A DNA stretch of 64,000 nt. Origin: Nageia nagi. Taxonomy: Eukaryota; Plantae; Pinophyta. The translations under genes and the position numbers were made by a program. Positions 52,261 to 64,000 of the stretch are shown here, in pieces; the first letter of the stretch is position 1; every line of letters begins with the position of its first letter. The stretch is taken from contig JBITNC010000001.1 of the NCBI GenBank assembly GCA_050084985.1, forward strand, positions 67,146,001 through 67,210,000. Reading direction: 5' to 3'. Under the pieces are notes generated by a model. That model was not told the DNA's origin and did not search any database. It was given only the letters and a program-made list of their open reading frames with translations.

Positions 52261-55200
52261 CACAAGTAACCTTTAGGTTTCAATTTGAACTATTTATTAA
52301 CTTTGCTTGGCCTAATAGGGAGCACAAAATTGACACTTTACAAAAATCAAATAAAACATTTAAATAAATACCTTTTACATAGTCAAAATCTATATTAAAA
52401 AATGATACAAAATTCAAATGAAGTCTCGTGTTCTTGTCCCTATGAAGATCTTCCAAAATAGACTTCATGCAAAATAAAAAGGCAACTTCTTAAAAACACA
52501 TAAATGGTCAAACCTATCCTGATATGGTTGGAGACCTATCCTTACTCTGAAGGCTAAGAAGGATAGACAAGATCATGGATGAGCACGTTATTTATAAACA
52601 AAGCGAATGGTGGGTATTGTCCCTTTTACTTTCGATTGCTTATGAAGGCCTATGCTAAAGGAACTTCAAAGTAAAATAGTTGAAGCTTGAAAAAAAGCAT
52701 AGTTGGTAAAGCTTAGATGCTTATCCTAAATGGTCATAGGAGACATGATAATACTTGATAGTTATCGAGCACTCCCTTTGTCAATAGCAATAAGACATAA
52801 AATGGATAAAACATAAAATATAAATAGAACAAGATAATCTTGCAATGATAATTTAGAAATGATATTTTCACAAATGAAGTTTCAAGCATCATAATTTCAT
52901 AAGATCTTTCAAGATGATGATCGCAGAATTTTTCAGAAAGATAATAGGAAAAGATCATTTGAAAAGTGATATTTCAAAATATGAAAATTGCACAAATAAT
53001 ATTTCAAGCACTGATACTTAGAGAAATGATAATGCAAAAATGTTGTTTCAAACATGATAGATGAAAAATTGTGATTTTCTAGCTATTATTTCAAAGAACA
53101 TGTTGCAAAAGTAATAATAAAAAAATGATGTTTCAATATGCAATTTCAAAAAATACAAAAATGATAATTTCCTATTATTTTAGAAGATGATTGAAATGAA
53201 ATAGCAGATGTTCAGATTTTACACATACAACTAATAGTTTTCTGAGTTTTTTTATGAAAGATATGACAGTATAAGAACTCAGGTATAGAATGTTGGATGT
53301 GTGTCTTAGAGCACTAACATTCTGAGACTGCATCTCTCAAAGCATAGGAATTCTAGAAATTGGTTTTTTGAGATGAAGAAAAATAGGAAAATGCAGAAAT
53401 AGTATAGTTTATCATGAACATGCAAAAAATACAGAAAGTATGAAAGAAACAAATGCTAAAGCTTAAGTATAGTACCTTTTGAAGTGTATGATGTTCATAG
53501 GATTCAGAGTCCTTTACCAACCATTGTTTAAAACTTGTATGATACAAGGGATTGCCCCATTACCCAAAGAAATGAACACTATTCCTACCCCTGCTAAATA
53601 GGCATATTTGGAGCCATTGGAGAATAGTTTCCATATATGATCTTAATTTTCTGCAAAATTCACACATTTGTATGGAGATTCTTCATTAGCAGTGTTACTA
53701 TTACTTGCATAAGTTCTTGTTTAGCCCTGAAGATTGTTACTTTGATTATGCAATAGACTTGGTTTCTCCGAAACAAAACAAAAAAAATAAATCAATACAA
53801 ATCACAAGTCAAAGATTAAAAAAATTCGACCAAAGTAAGAAATAAAAATCAAAGATGCAGTTGAGAAGCTCGTCCTTAAGACAAGCAAAATTCGAAATCA
53901 AAGGTAAAAATTACAAGGGCAAGATGTAAAGGGAGAAATTGCGTGATAATTGGGATAACCAAAAAGAAAGAAAATGTATTAAAGACCACATGTGACCAAA
54001 AGTGATCAGTGGCATTGGAGCTTACATGAGTGATAAGTTTGCAAACAAGGACCAAGATGGCCCATGCTACATCTAAATCAAACTAAGAATAGGTACAAGA
54101 AAGGGTTAAAAACCCTAGAGATGAGCATAAAGCCAAAGGGAAATACAAGGTAACAATGAGAAATCAATGAGATATCACACTAAGAATAAAGAAGACATAG
54201 CTTAAACACAATCCCAAATAAGTGGTTGGGGTGCAATCCCCTAGACTATGAGGCCAATGTCTATGACAACTTTGTTGGTGGTGAAGAAGGACATGTAAGC
54301 ACATCCTAGTGTGACGAGGGGGAGGTGAAGGGTTTTCTTGTGATCTCTTATGGGCACCCTTGTCTAAGGAGGATTGGAAGAAGGATGTGATACAAGGCAC
54401 CTTGTAAGGTTTGTGATACAAGATGCTTCCTAAGAAGGAAAGCCTCTTGCAGGAAGAGTTACATCTCTGATCTAGGTACAAAAATAAGGTTGAAATTGAA
54501 CTATGGGAATCTCAAAAGAGGTAGTGGTATCTACCCTAAATCTCATAGTAAACCACCTATGAGAAGTCAAAGGGACAATGGACAAAACTCATACCCTTAT
54601 AAGGTTACAATGTAGAGGTGCAGCCACCTACGAGCCATGATTTCAAATAAAGTAGGGAAGGTTTCAAAGTTAGAACAAGGCTTCTATTAGTCATAATTAA
54701 TTCCTTAATTGGTTGATTGAGAAGACATGTTTTATTAGTTACATATATGTGGGCTATGTAGCAATACATCTATCATTTTTCTTTATTTATACTTCAATGA
54801 CTACCATACTTAATAATGGTTGTCTTTAACCAATGTGGTTTTGAAATAGAGGTGAAAAATTACTTCCAAAATGAGCCCATTAAGAACACAGTCATGCACA
54901 AACTAAACTATCACCACAATTGACTCCTTGATCCAAATGAGGAAAACAAGATGGGCAACAATTCAATCACTGCCAAGAAAAAATGTATTTTATGGTTGCG
55001 TGTCATGCATGTATTCTTATTTTTTATGAACATTATCCTTATATTGCACTTTTCAAATTCCATTTGTTTTTAACGCATACTATTATACATTAAATTGCAT
55101 TCTATATCATTAATCCATTTTGTTTATCCATGATGCTTATTATTGTTCATTTTCGAAACAAAAGGGAAAAAATAATAGCTCTATTTACAAAGAACATAAA

Positions 55201-56122
55201 GCATGGTACAATTTTCCTCAATTTTTTCCTCATCTGGCACTAAAGGGCATGCCAAAGGCCTCAAGAGTTCACTTTGTAGTACCATACTACTTACCTCCCT
55301 TGACCTTTCACTTACAAGTCGAGGCTTGCACAATGGACTAGATCAAGATGATCACTCCTCTCTAGTACAGCTAGGTACCGACAGGCTTAACCTGTACTCC
55401 AAGGAATTCTCCTGATGAAGTGTCCCTAGCTAACACAGAAAAGCCACCCCTCCACTTAAGTAGGTGACTCCAGCAACCTTATTAGGGTTGTGCCTACATG
55501 GTACAACCTATCCCCATCAATTCTAGAACAACCTACATAGTACATTGCAAGGCAATCATAGGCCCATTTTCAAACTCTCATAAACTAGGGACATAAAATT
55601 GGACAAATATATAAATCATGAGAAAAGTAAGCACTCGCATAAGCATATCTACATTGGCATAATCTTGGATAAACGACTACTTATTACAAAATGACTATAA
55701 AATAAAGGGAAACTTACCAAAATAGCCCTATAAGCTCATGAAATTGCGAAAATACAACTAAATCTTTAGAAATTACAAAAATACGCCTATAAGTTCATGA
55801 AATTGCGGAAATATCCCTCTATCGTTGGAAATTACAGAAATGCCCTGAAAGTTTTCAAAATTACAAAATACCTCTACTTTTTTTCTTGTTTTTGGGGTAT
55901 TATAAAATTTTAAATTATTATAAAAATTTTGAATTATTATAAAAAATTCAGTTATTATAAAAAAAAAATTAAGTTATTATAAAATTTTGAATTAATATAA
56001 AATTTTAAATTATTTTGAAAAATAAAAAAGTAAGGATATTCCTATAATCTTGAAAACATTCAAGGGTATTTCTATAATTCTCAAAGATTGAGGGGTATTC
56101 TCGTAATTTCATGAACTTAAAG

Positions 56123-56929
56123 TGAAATGACACCATTTGTGAGATTTCTGTTTGTACATAGGTGTGGAGTGGTGTGTGGTGTGAATTTTGTGATTTTTGG
56201 TTAAGTGTGGTTTTTATTAGCAAAAAAATAAAACAAAAGAAGAAAATAATAAAAGAAACGGGGAATAATGATGATTAAGAGGGTTATTAGTGTGTTTAAT
56301 GAAAAGTGTCACCCTCAACAAAGAAATAGAAAATTGCCTATAAAAGGAGGAGATGGACATTCATTTAGGACATCTTTGAATATCTGAAATTATTATTCTC
56401 TCATTGTATTTGGTTGCATAAGCTGCTACAAACCCTCATGCAGACAAAAACCCCAGGATATTAGCTTAGAGGATGAAAACCCTCTTGACCAAGAAACCTA
56501 GGACGAAAACCCTAGAGTTTCCTTTTGAGGTAAATCCATCTATGGTTTACAATTGCACTTATTGCTTCAGATCTTGGTGAGCTCCCAGATTTCTATTCAC
56601 CCATTGTAGGGCTTAGCACAAGGTTTTCCCATAATTGATCGGATTGGAGACTCAAGGACTCCCAAATCAACCCTGAAGGAGGGACATTGGCTGTGTTATA
56701 CATCATATCTGTCATAGGAGAGAGCCATTGCATTACTGAGCTCTGTTTCATCATTTTCAGACAGTTTTGAGGCCATTGGAGAGCCACTGAGGACGTTGGC
56801 TGTGTTATACAATTTTTTCAGTTGTTTAGATGCCCTAAATTGGAAATTTTGTTTCAGATTTGATATATTGATATAACTCTGAGTTGTGGCATACAATAAT
56901 CATTCTTTGTGTCTAAGTAGGACATTACA
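56123..56929 (+). repeat. 5' LTR of chromovirus (about 500 bp shorter than the 3' LTR)
   Basis: Aligns by eye to 61814-63114; ends GTGTCTAAGTAGGACATTACA just before the PBS; TATA-like CTATAAAAGG near 56338. Confidence 0.93.
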
Positions 56930-56930
56930 A

Positions 56931-56942
56931 TGGTATCAAAGC
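56931..56942 (+). promoter_or_regulatory. Primer-binding site, tRNA-iMet type
   Basis: TGGTATCAAAGC, one mismatch to TGGTATCAGAGC, 1 nt after the 5' LTR. Confidence 0.92.
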
Positions 56943-57489
56943 TAAGATATTGTCAACCTGTGAGGAGACATAGCAATATTTTATAAAATCCAGCAATTTT
57001 CAAAGGGTTTTCTCATCTTCTACGAATCAAATACCCCCCATTCACACATACTATCTCAGAGGTAGAAGAAGACTTTAGTTAAAACCTACTTGGGAGGAAG
57101 ATCTAGAACAAGCTGCACTTAAGGAAGAAGCTCTAGCAGAAACGGAGGGAAGAAATGAATCTAATGGCGAAAAAGATTTTGCCACAATGTTAGATTTGCT
57201 AAGGCAAGTAGCAATAAACACAAATTCTCTTGCAGCAAGTTTTAAGGTGAGATGGCACATAGAGAAACTACACATGATCATGAGAGTGCAAATTCACTGA
57301 GGTATTCTCATTCGCCTTTGCAAAAGCCAATAAAGCCTATGTTTGTGTCACAACAAGAAGAAATGGGATATGAATATGATTTGGAAGCCCTATTTGGTGA
57401 ATACATGCAAAAATCAAAAGTTTTCAGAAATGCAATAAATTTCCAAAGTTAGTGAAAGAAAGTGAAAAGTACAAGGTAGCAAAAGAAAG

Positions 57490-58225
57490 AAAAGAAGTTG
57501 CAACAAAAATTGCAAGTACCCACATTTAATGGGAGTGATGGACTTTCAGCTAGGGGTTGATTACAAAAATTACAAACTTACTTCTCTCTTGATCCTATGC
57601 CTAAGTTAGATGCAATTTAGCTTGCTACATTACATTTAGAAGGCATAGCATATGATTGGTGGCGACATGGTCTAGTCATTCAAAGCCATAGATACATTAT
57701 TACCTTTGATGAGTTTAGTCAAAGGCTTTTGGACAAATTTGAAAAGAAGGAAGGATGATGAAGAATATTTTAAGGAATTGGCAACTCTTCGGCAAATAGG
57801 TTCATTGGCATCTTATGTGAAGGAATTTGAAAGAATCTCAGCTTATTGTGCAAAATGTGTCACCTAGGAGGATGAAATTCCTCTTCATGGATGGACTAAT
57901 GGAGCCCTTACGTGGATTAGTCAAATCTTTTGAGCCTCTTCCACTCCAAGAGGAAATCAAAAAAGCTTTGCTACTTGAACATACACTACCTTCTTCAAAA
58001 TCTAGATGGTCAACAAAGAAGTAAAGGTATGGGGAGTCATCCAAGCCATTGAATAAAAACAAAAATTCAAAAAAGGGGCCAACGTTCCAACCCTCTAGGC
58101 CTATAGCTCCAACACCCAACACCAAGAAGATGGATGAAGCTACTAGAAATAAGTTGCGATGGAAAACATTATGTTTCTCATGCAAAAAGCCATGGGAACC
58201 CGGTCATAGATGCTTGGGAAAATGA
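57490..58225 (+). pseudogene. gag: Gag (capsid and zinc-knuckle remnant) of chromovirus
   Basis: Translates with stops/frameshifts to VPTFNGSDG..LQKLQTYF..ATLHLEGIAYDWW, then FMDGLMEPLRGLVK and LCFSCKKPWEPGHRC. Confidence 0.85.
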
Positions 58226-58339
58226 GAGATTCATTATATTGAGGGCATTTCAGAAAGTGAGAGGGAATCCAAATCTTCTGAAGATGGTAGAGAAGAAGAG
58301 CCCAATGTTGAGAAGAAAAATAGAGAAACATCTCATGAG

Positions 58340-58900
58340 TTGCCTTTTAATAGTAGTGCCTTACCAACTTTACATAGTGTACCTCAATTTTTCACTATTA
58401 CAGTTTTTGGCAAAGTCTTGGATGAGGATGTGGTGGTGTTAATTGATGGTGGAGCTACCCACAATTTTATAGATGAAAGTTTTGTGCAGAAAAATAAAAT
58501 TAAGACAACCAACTTTGCAGGGTTTAATGTTACTATGGGAAGAGGAGAAACTTCACTTTGCACCAAAATGGTGAAGCAACTTGAGGTAGTGATTGATGAG
58601 TACAAATGCATTCATGATTTTTATGCTTTTCCAATGGGAGGTACCTTTGTTCATAATAACAAAGAATATTGTTCGTACATTATTATTCCAGTTTCTCGAA
58701 TTCAAGGAAGATTGGAATGATTGGACGAGAGAAATGTATGTCATATGCGATAGTGCTTGGAGGATAATCGTTTTATGATTTGGATGATGTGACATCCAAC
58801 TATAAGAAGTCCAAATTAAAATTTCAGTATGAAGGATGTGAGATAGAGTTGAAAGGCATCAAGGATATGGAGATACATGGTGTTTCAGCCAAGAGAATGG
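58340..58900 (+). pseudogene. Aspartic protease region of chromovirus, interrupted by an insertion
   Basis: VVVLIDGGATHNFID catalytic motif; FYAFPMGG ... IVLG ... FYDLDDV flank the insert. Confidence 0.88.
58641..58751 (+). other. ycf1: Plastid-derived fragment (NUPT) of ycf1 inside the protease region
   Basis: Translates [36 protein letters not shown], matching the conserved Ycf1 block recalled as PSLIIAKNIGRxLLFQxPEWxEDxxEWxREMHVKC. The retro reading frame resumes on both sides. Confidence 0.8.
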
Positions 58901-59122
58901 AAAGGGTTCTCAAGAAGGGTGACTATGAATGTATCCTCTATACTTTCATGATCAAGGGGATACCTAATTCCACTCCAAGCAAAAAGGTAACATATCATTG
59001 ACAAATTCAAGAAATTTTGAGACAACATAGTGTTGTTTTTGATGATATGCCAAAGGGTCTTCCACCACATAGAGTCTTTGAGCATGTCATAGAGTTAGTT
59101 AGAAGAAGGAACAAAGCCCATT

Positions 59123-61790
59123 ATGATTACACCATATAGACACCCACGTGCATACAAAGATGAAATAGAAAGGACAATAAAAGAGTTGCTTGCAATGGAG
59201 CACATACGTCCAAGCAATAGTCCTTTTGCATCTTCGGTAGTTTTGGTGAAAAAGAAACATGGAACTCTACGCATGTGTATAGACTATAGAGTTCTAAACA
59301 AAAGGACCATCAAAAACAGGTATCCCATCCCAAGAGTGGATGAGTTAATTGATGAATTACATGGTGCAAAATACTTTTCAAAAATTGACTTAATATCAGG
59401 ATATCATCAAATCAGAATGAGAGAAGAAAACATTGCACAAACAGCATTTAGATGTCACTTTGGGCATTTTGAATTTTTAGTCATGCCTTTTGGTTTGACT
59501 AATGCACCAGCCACTTTTCAAGCAGCTATGAATCAGATTTTTAGAGATCATTTGAGGGTGTTTGTATTGGTAATTTTTTATGACACACTTGTTTATAGCA
59601 GTAGTTGGAATCAGCCTTTAGAACACTTTAATATTGTGCTAGAAATATTAGAAAAACAGAAATTTTATGCTAAAGAATCCAAGTGTGGATTTGGGTTAAC
59701 AGAAATTCTATATTTGGGACATATAATCAGCCACAATGAAGTACATGTTGACCCAAATAAACTTGCAGCAGTCCAACAATGGCCGACTCCAACTACATAG
59801 ACATAATTGAGGGATTCTTGGGTTTGTGTAGTTACTATAGGAGATTCATAAAAGGTTTCTCCAAACTTTCAGCACCTTTGACAGAATTAACAAAGAAAGA
59901 GGCCTTTATTTGGAGCAAAGATGCCCAAGAAACATTTGAGAGGTTGAAAAAGTAATGTCCTCTAGTCCTACTCTTGCAATTCCAGATTTTTCCTTACCTT
60001 TTCTAGTAGAATGTGATGCATCCGAAATTGGTATAGAGGTTCTTCTAATGCAAAAGGGGCAGCCAATTGCATATGAAAGTAGAAAACTTAGCCCACTTGA
60101 GAGGACATATAGTATATATGACAAAGAAATGCTTGTCATAATGCATGCCTTATCAAAATTTAAGCAATATCTTGTGTTTGGCAAGTTTATTGTCAAAACT
60201 GATCATAATAGTTTGAAATATTTCTTTGGCCAAAAAGATTTAAATGATAGGCAGCAAAAGTGGGTCACAAAACTACAAGCCTATGATTTTGAGATTGAGT
60301 TCAAGAAAGGTAAACATAATACAGCAGCAGATGCACTTTCTAGGACTCCATCATTCCACTCTTTTTTAGTTATTAATGTTGATTGGAAAGCAAAATTGAT
60401 GGCAAAATATGTAAAGAATGATTTTGCTTCAAAATTAGTTGATGGGAAAATCGTTGATACAAATTTCAGAGTTAAGGAGGGGCTAATTTTTTATAAGAAC
60501 AGAATTTATCTTGTGCCAGAATCCAAATTGAAGAACAAACTTATAACAGCAATGCATGATGCACCATTTGTGGGATATCCAAGGTTCTACAAAACATACA
60601 GGTTAATAAGGGAGAGGTTTTCATGGAAAGGATTGAAGGATGATGTGTTAAGACATGTTAGAGAATGTCCAACATGTCAAGAAAACAAAACAGAAAATTC
60701 ACTAACTGCAGGTTTACTTCAGCCCTTACCTAGTCCAAATGGTAAGTGGGAGAGCATATCTATGGATTTTATAACAAGATTGCCAAATGTCCAGGGCAAG
60801 AATTGTATATATATGTTGTTGTGGACAGGTTAACGAAATATGGACATTTTTATGTCATTTCAGCTTCTCATACAACCATACAAGTGGTTGAATTATTCTT
60901 CAAGGAGGTCTTTAGGTTGCATAGATTACCTAAGACTATTATTAGTGACAAAGAACCCAAGTTTATGAGTGCATTTTGGCAAGAGATTTTCAGACTTAGT
61001 GGCACTCAATTAACCCCAAGTACTGTCTATCACCCTCAAATTGATGGCCAAACTGAAATAGTCAATAAATTTAGAAAGGCACTTAAGAAACTACATTTCA
61101 AGATAGCAATGTTCTTGGATTAAATGGTTATATATGGCAAAACTTTGTTACAACACATCTTATCATTTGTCCATTAAAATGACTCCTTTCATGGCACTTT
61201 ATGGATATGATGCTCCAAACATTGTTGATGTCTTAATTTATAACAGCAGGGTTGCAAAGGCACATGACTTCATCAAAGAACATCAAGACATCTTAAAAGT
61301 CCTAAAAGATAATATACAAACTGCCCAAAAATCAGCAGAAAAGATATGCAAACCAGCAAAGAGTTGAAAGGCATTTTGAAGTGGGAGACATGGTATATTT
61401 AAGACTTCAGCCCTACAAACAGTCTACATTGAAAAGAAGTGGCAGTGAAAAACCAAGGTTTTATGGATCTTATAAAATGCTATGCAGAATTGGAGAAGTA
61501 GCATATGAATTGGAGCTTCCTTCTCATAGCAAAATCCATAATGTCTTCCATGTTTCTTTTGCTTGAAGAAGGCACTTGGGCAGTATGTAATTCCTTCACA
61601 AGAATTGCCTCCACTTGATGATGAAGGTAAAATATTTTAGAAGCTGAATCAATTCTTGAGATGAGGGAAAAGAAGTTGAGGAATAGAGTCATCCGTGAGT
61701 GTTTGGTCAAGTGGAAGGGCTTCCATTGGAGGATTCTACTTGGGAAGGACCTCAAATCCTTTCTCACCCAGTTCTTAATCGCTTGGGGTC
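59123..61790 (+). pseudogene. pol: Pol of chromovirus: RT, RNase H, integrase, chromodomain
   Basis: RT: LRMCIDYRVLN, YFSKIDLISGYHQIR, VMPFGLTNAPATFQ, YADD box decayed to FYDT. RH: VECDASEIGI, KTDHNSLKY. INT: HVRECPTCQ, WESISMDFIT, VVVDRLTKYGHF, YHPQIDGQTE. GPY/F: FYGSYK. Chromodomain about 61637-61770 (EAESILEMR...ECLVKWKG...EDSTWE). Confidence 0.95.
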
Positions 61791-61799
61791 AAGCAATTT

Positions 61800-61810
61800 G
61801 AGAGGGGAGG
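61800..61810 (+). promoter_or_regulatory. Polypurine tract
   Basis: GAGAGGGGAGG immediately upstream of the 3' LTR. Confidence 0.88.
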
Positions 61811-61813
61811 TAT

Positions 61814-63114
61814 TGTAATGACCCCATTTTTGAGATTTCTACTTGTACATAGGTGTGGAGTGGTGTCACGGTGTGTGGTGTGAATTTTGTGATTTTTGGT
61901 TTAAGTGTGGTCTTTATTAGCTTAAAAAAACAACAAAAAATAATAATAATAAAAGAAAAGGGGATTAATGATGATTAAGAGGGTCATTAGTGTGTTTAAT
62001 GAATAAGTGTCACCCTCAACAAAGAAATAGAAAATTGCTTATAAAAGAAGGAGATGGACATTCATTTGGGACATCTTTGAATATCTGAAATTATTATTCT
62101 CTCATTGTATTTGGCTGCATTAGCTGACTACAAACCCTCTTGCAAACAAAAACCCCAGGAGATTGGCTTAGAGGACAAAACCCTCTTGACCAAGAAACCT
62201 AGGATGAAAACCCTAGAGTTTCCTTTGAGATAAATCCATCTAGAGTTTACAATTGTACTTATTACTTCAGATCTTAGTGTGCTCCCAGATTTCTATTCAC
62301 CCATTGTAGGGCTTAGCATAAGGTTTTCCCATTATTGATCGATTGGAGGCTCAAAGACTCCCAAAGCAGCATTGAAGGAGAGACGTTGGCTGTGTTATAC
62401 ATCATATCTCTCCTAGGAGAGGGCTGATGCATTACTGATGTCTGTTTCATCATTTTCAGTCAGTTTTGAGGCCATTGGAAAGCCATCAGGGACCTTATAT
62501 CCACTTGGATAGGTTCGTTGCAGCTCTTGAGGCTTGGTTGATCAGTTTCAAGACCAGATTTGCATTTACATGAGTTATCCAGCCTCCTGTCCTATTCCAG
62601 ATCCAAATTGAGGCTTTATTTCATCCTATATCTGCATTTGGAGAGGGACATGGTATTGTTTCAGACCTGTATTTGCCACACTTTACAGATTTTGTGCTTT
62701 ATCAGCAATTCTTATCAGTTTAGAAGGGGACATATCTGCCCATTGAAAAGGGACATTCAGCACCTGAGACTGTTGTTGACTGATTTTGAGGTGAATCACG
62801 CCATATTCAGACCTGATTTGGGCAGATCACATCCAATCCTGATTGGGAAAGGGACATCCAGTCAGATCTGGGCATATCTTGCATTTGTTTTGTCATTTCT
62901 AGTGAGACGTTGAGGTCATAGAGGCAGATTTCTGCCTATATGTTGTTTTCAGTTCATTGGTGATTGAATAACATACAGTTTGGTGTGAAACAATAAATTT
63001 CCTGAGTTGTTTAGATGCCTTAAATTGGAAATTTTATTTCAGATTTGATATATTGATATAACTCTGAGTTTTGGTATGCAATAATCGTTGTTTGTGTCTA
63101 AGTAGGACATTACA
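61814..63114 (+). repeat. 3' LTR of chromovirus
   Basis: Starts TGTAATG after the purine tract; ends GGACATTACA followed by TSD TAAAG. Confidence 0.94.
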
Positions 63115-64000
63115 TAAAGGGGTATTTCTATAATTTCCAAAGATTGAGGGGTACTTTCGTAATTTAATGAACTTATAGGGGTATTTTGGTAACTTTCCCT
63201 AAAATAAACCATTTCCAGTCTCATAAGGTATGATCAACAAGATAAAGATTCATTGAATTTAATTAAACTTCTAACATTTCTATATATGAGTAAACTGCAA
63301 GTATTTTCTCTTACTGATGTCCAAAGAATGCTAATCAAGTGAAAAAGCATTAGAATTTCAATCCATACACCATGAAAATCTTGATCCAACAAGGTTGTGA
63401 GCTTGGTGTTAATTTCAAGGTCTCTAGTTCAACTCCTAGTTGATCCATCGTTCTTGATCAAACTAGGACATGAAAGTCACATTTGAAGGCAATCACAATC
63501 AATCTCACTAAATTGAATACTCTCACAAACTAGGGACAATAAATTTGACAAATATACAAATCATGAAGGGAGTTACCATGCTAGTATGTAGATATTCATC
63601 CAAAAGTGTGAGGGGAGTTGGAGAAGACTGGGAAGATAAAACTCTCAAGTTGATAAAAGGAGGTCCCAAATTCAAAACTCTCCGTCCTTCACATCATGTG
63701 GATATGCCAAAGTTCATCCGATGGGGACCATGTTGGCATGGATGGGGCCGAGTGCGACTCCTGGATGACTTTGACATAAGAGAACCCCCTAAACACATAA
63801 TCTAATTCCAAGAAATTGATCCTCAAGGATGATTTCATCAAAAAAAAAAGTATGTAAATGTTAATAAAAAATATATATATATAAAAATAAATATTATTTA
63901 TCTAAATTAAAAGTATATTATTTTAATTTATTAAACATAATATTTTTGATATATCTTTACTTATTTAATTGTTTAAAATAGATTTTGTTTAGCATGAACA

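Larger units (their letters stand above)
56123..63114 (+). mobile_element. Full-length Ty3/gypsy chromovirus LTR retrotransposon, decayed (frameshifts and stops)
   Basis: Two similar LTRs (TGAAATGAC/TGTAATGAC ... GGACATTACA), 5-bp TSD TAAAG at 56118-56122 and 63115-63119, PBS, PPT, and domain order gag-PR-RT-RH-INT-chromodomain. Confidence 0.96.
55707..63199. mobile_element. Non-autonomous Mutator-like foldback element (~496 bp originally), split by the chromovirus
   Basis: Left end GGGAAACTTACCAAAATAGCCCTATAAG is the near reverse complement of the right end CTTATAGGGGTATTTTGGTAACTTTCCC. 9-bp TSD TAAAATAAA at 55698-55706 and 63200-63208. TIRs are built of ~55-bp subrepeats around an AT-rich centre. 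Confidence 0.88.

Noticed and set aside
55383-55480. Hammerhead ribozyme (CTGATGA-A-GTGT..ACAC-A-GAAA with possible stem III partners)
   Set aside because: No stem I can be formed and extra bases disrupt the core; at most a decayed remnant. An Infernal hammerhead search would settle it.
63380-63470. tRNA or tRNA-derived SINE (B-box-like GTTCAACTCC)
   Set aside because: No cloverleaf, convincing A box, tail or TSD.
55578-63568. ~45-bp direct repeat (CTCA.AAACTAGGGACA..AAATT.GACAAATATA.AAATCATGA) at 55578 and 63522 as element termini
   Set aside because: Short, with no TG/CA ends or TSD; after removing the nested insertions it is just a local duplication ~0.45 kb apart.

Overview
This is an AT-rich, repeat-saturated stretch of plant nuclear DNA. 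The retroelement families and plastid fragment suggest a gymnosperm/conifer-type genome (inference). No intact host gene, rRNA, tRNA or CRISPR array was found, and almost everything is nested, decayed transposon sequence. Best-supported structures: (1) A full-length but inactivated Ty3/gypsy chromovirus (56123-63114, TSD TAAAG) inserted into a ~0.5 kb Mutator-like foldback element (9-bp TSD TAAAATAAA), with a ~110-bp plastid ycf1 fragment inside its protease region. (2) A minus-strand non-autonomous LTR element (~37100-46310) whose 3-kb interior has no recognisable gag/pol but carries an intron-less, diverged N-terminal domain of the cohesin regulator PDS5 right after the PBS. Its 5' LTR is split by a ~4-kb solo LTR containing a ~183-bp satellite. 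(3) At least six decayed copies of a ~1,100-codon unnamed accessory ORF, three of them preceded by an array of ~50-55-bp palindromes with unique spacers. (4) A non-chromoviral gypsy pol fragment, two copia remnants (one with an inverted duplication), a hAT-like MITE, minisatellites and several templated-insertion repair scars. All homology calls are by eye from motifs; no searches were run.
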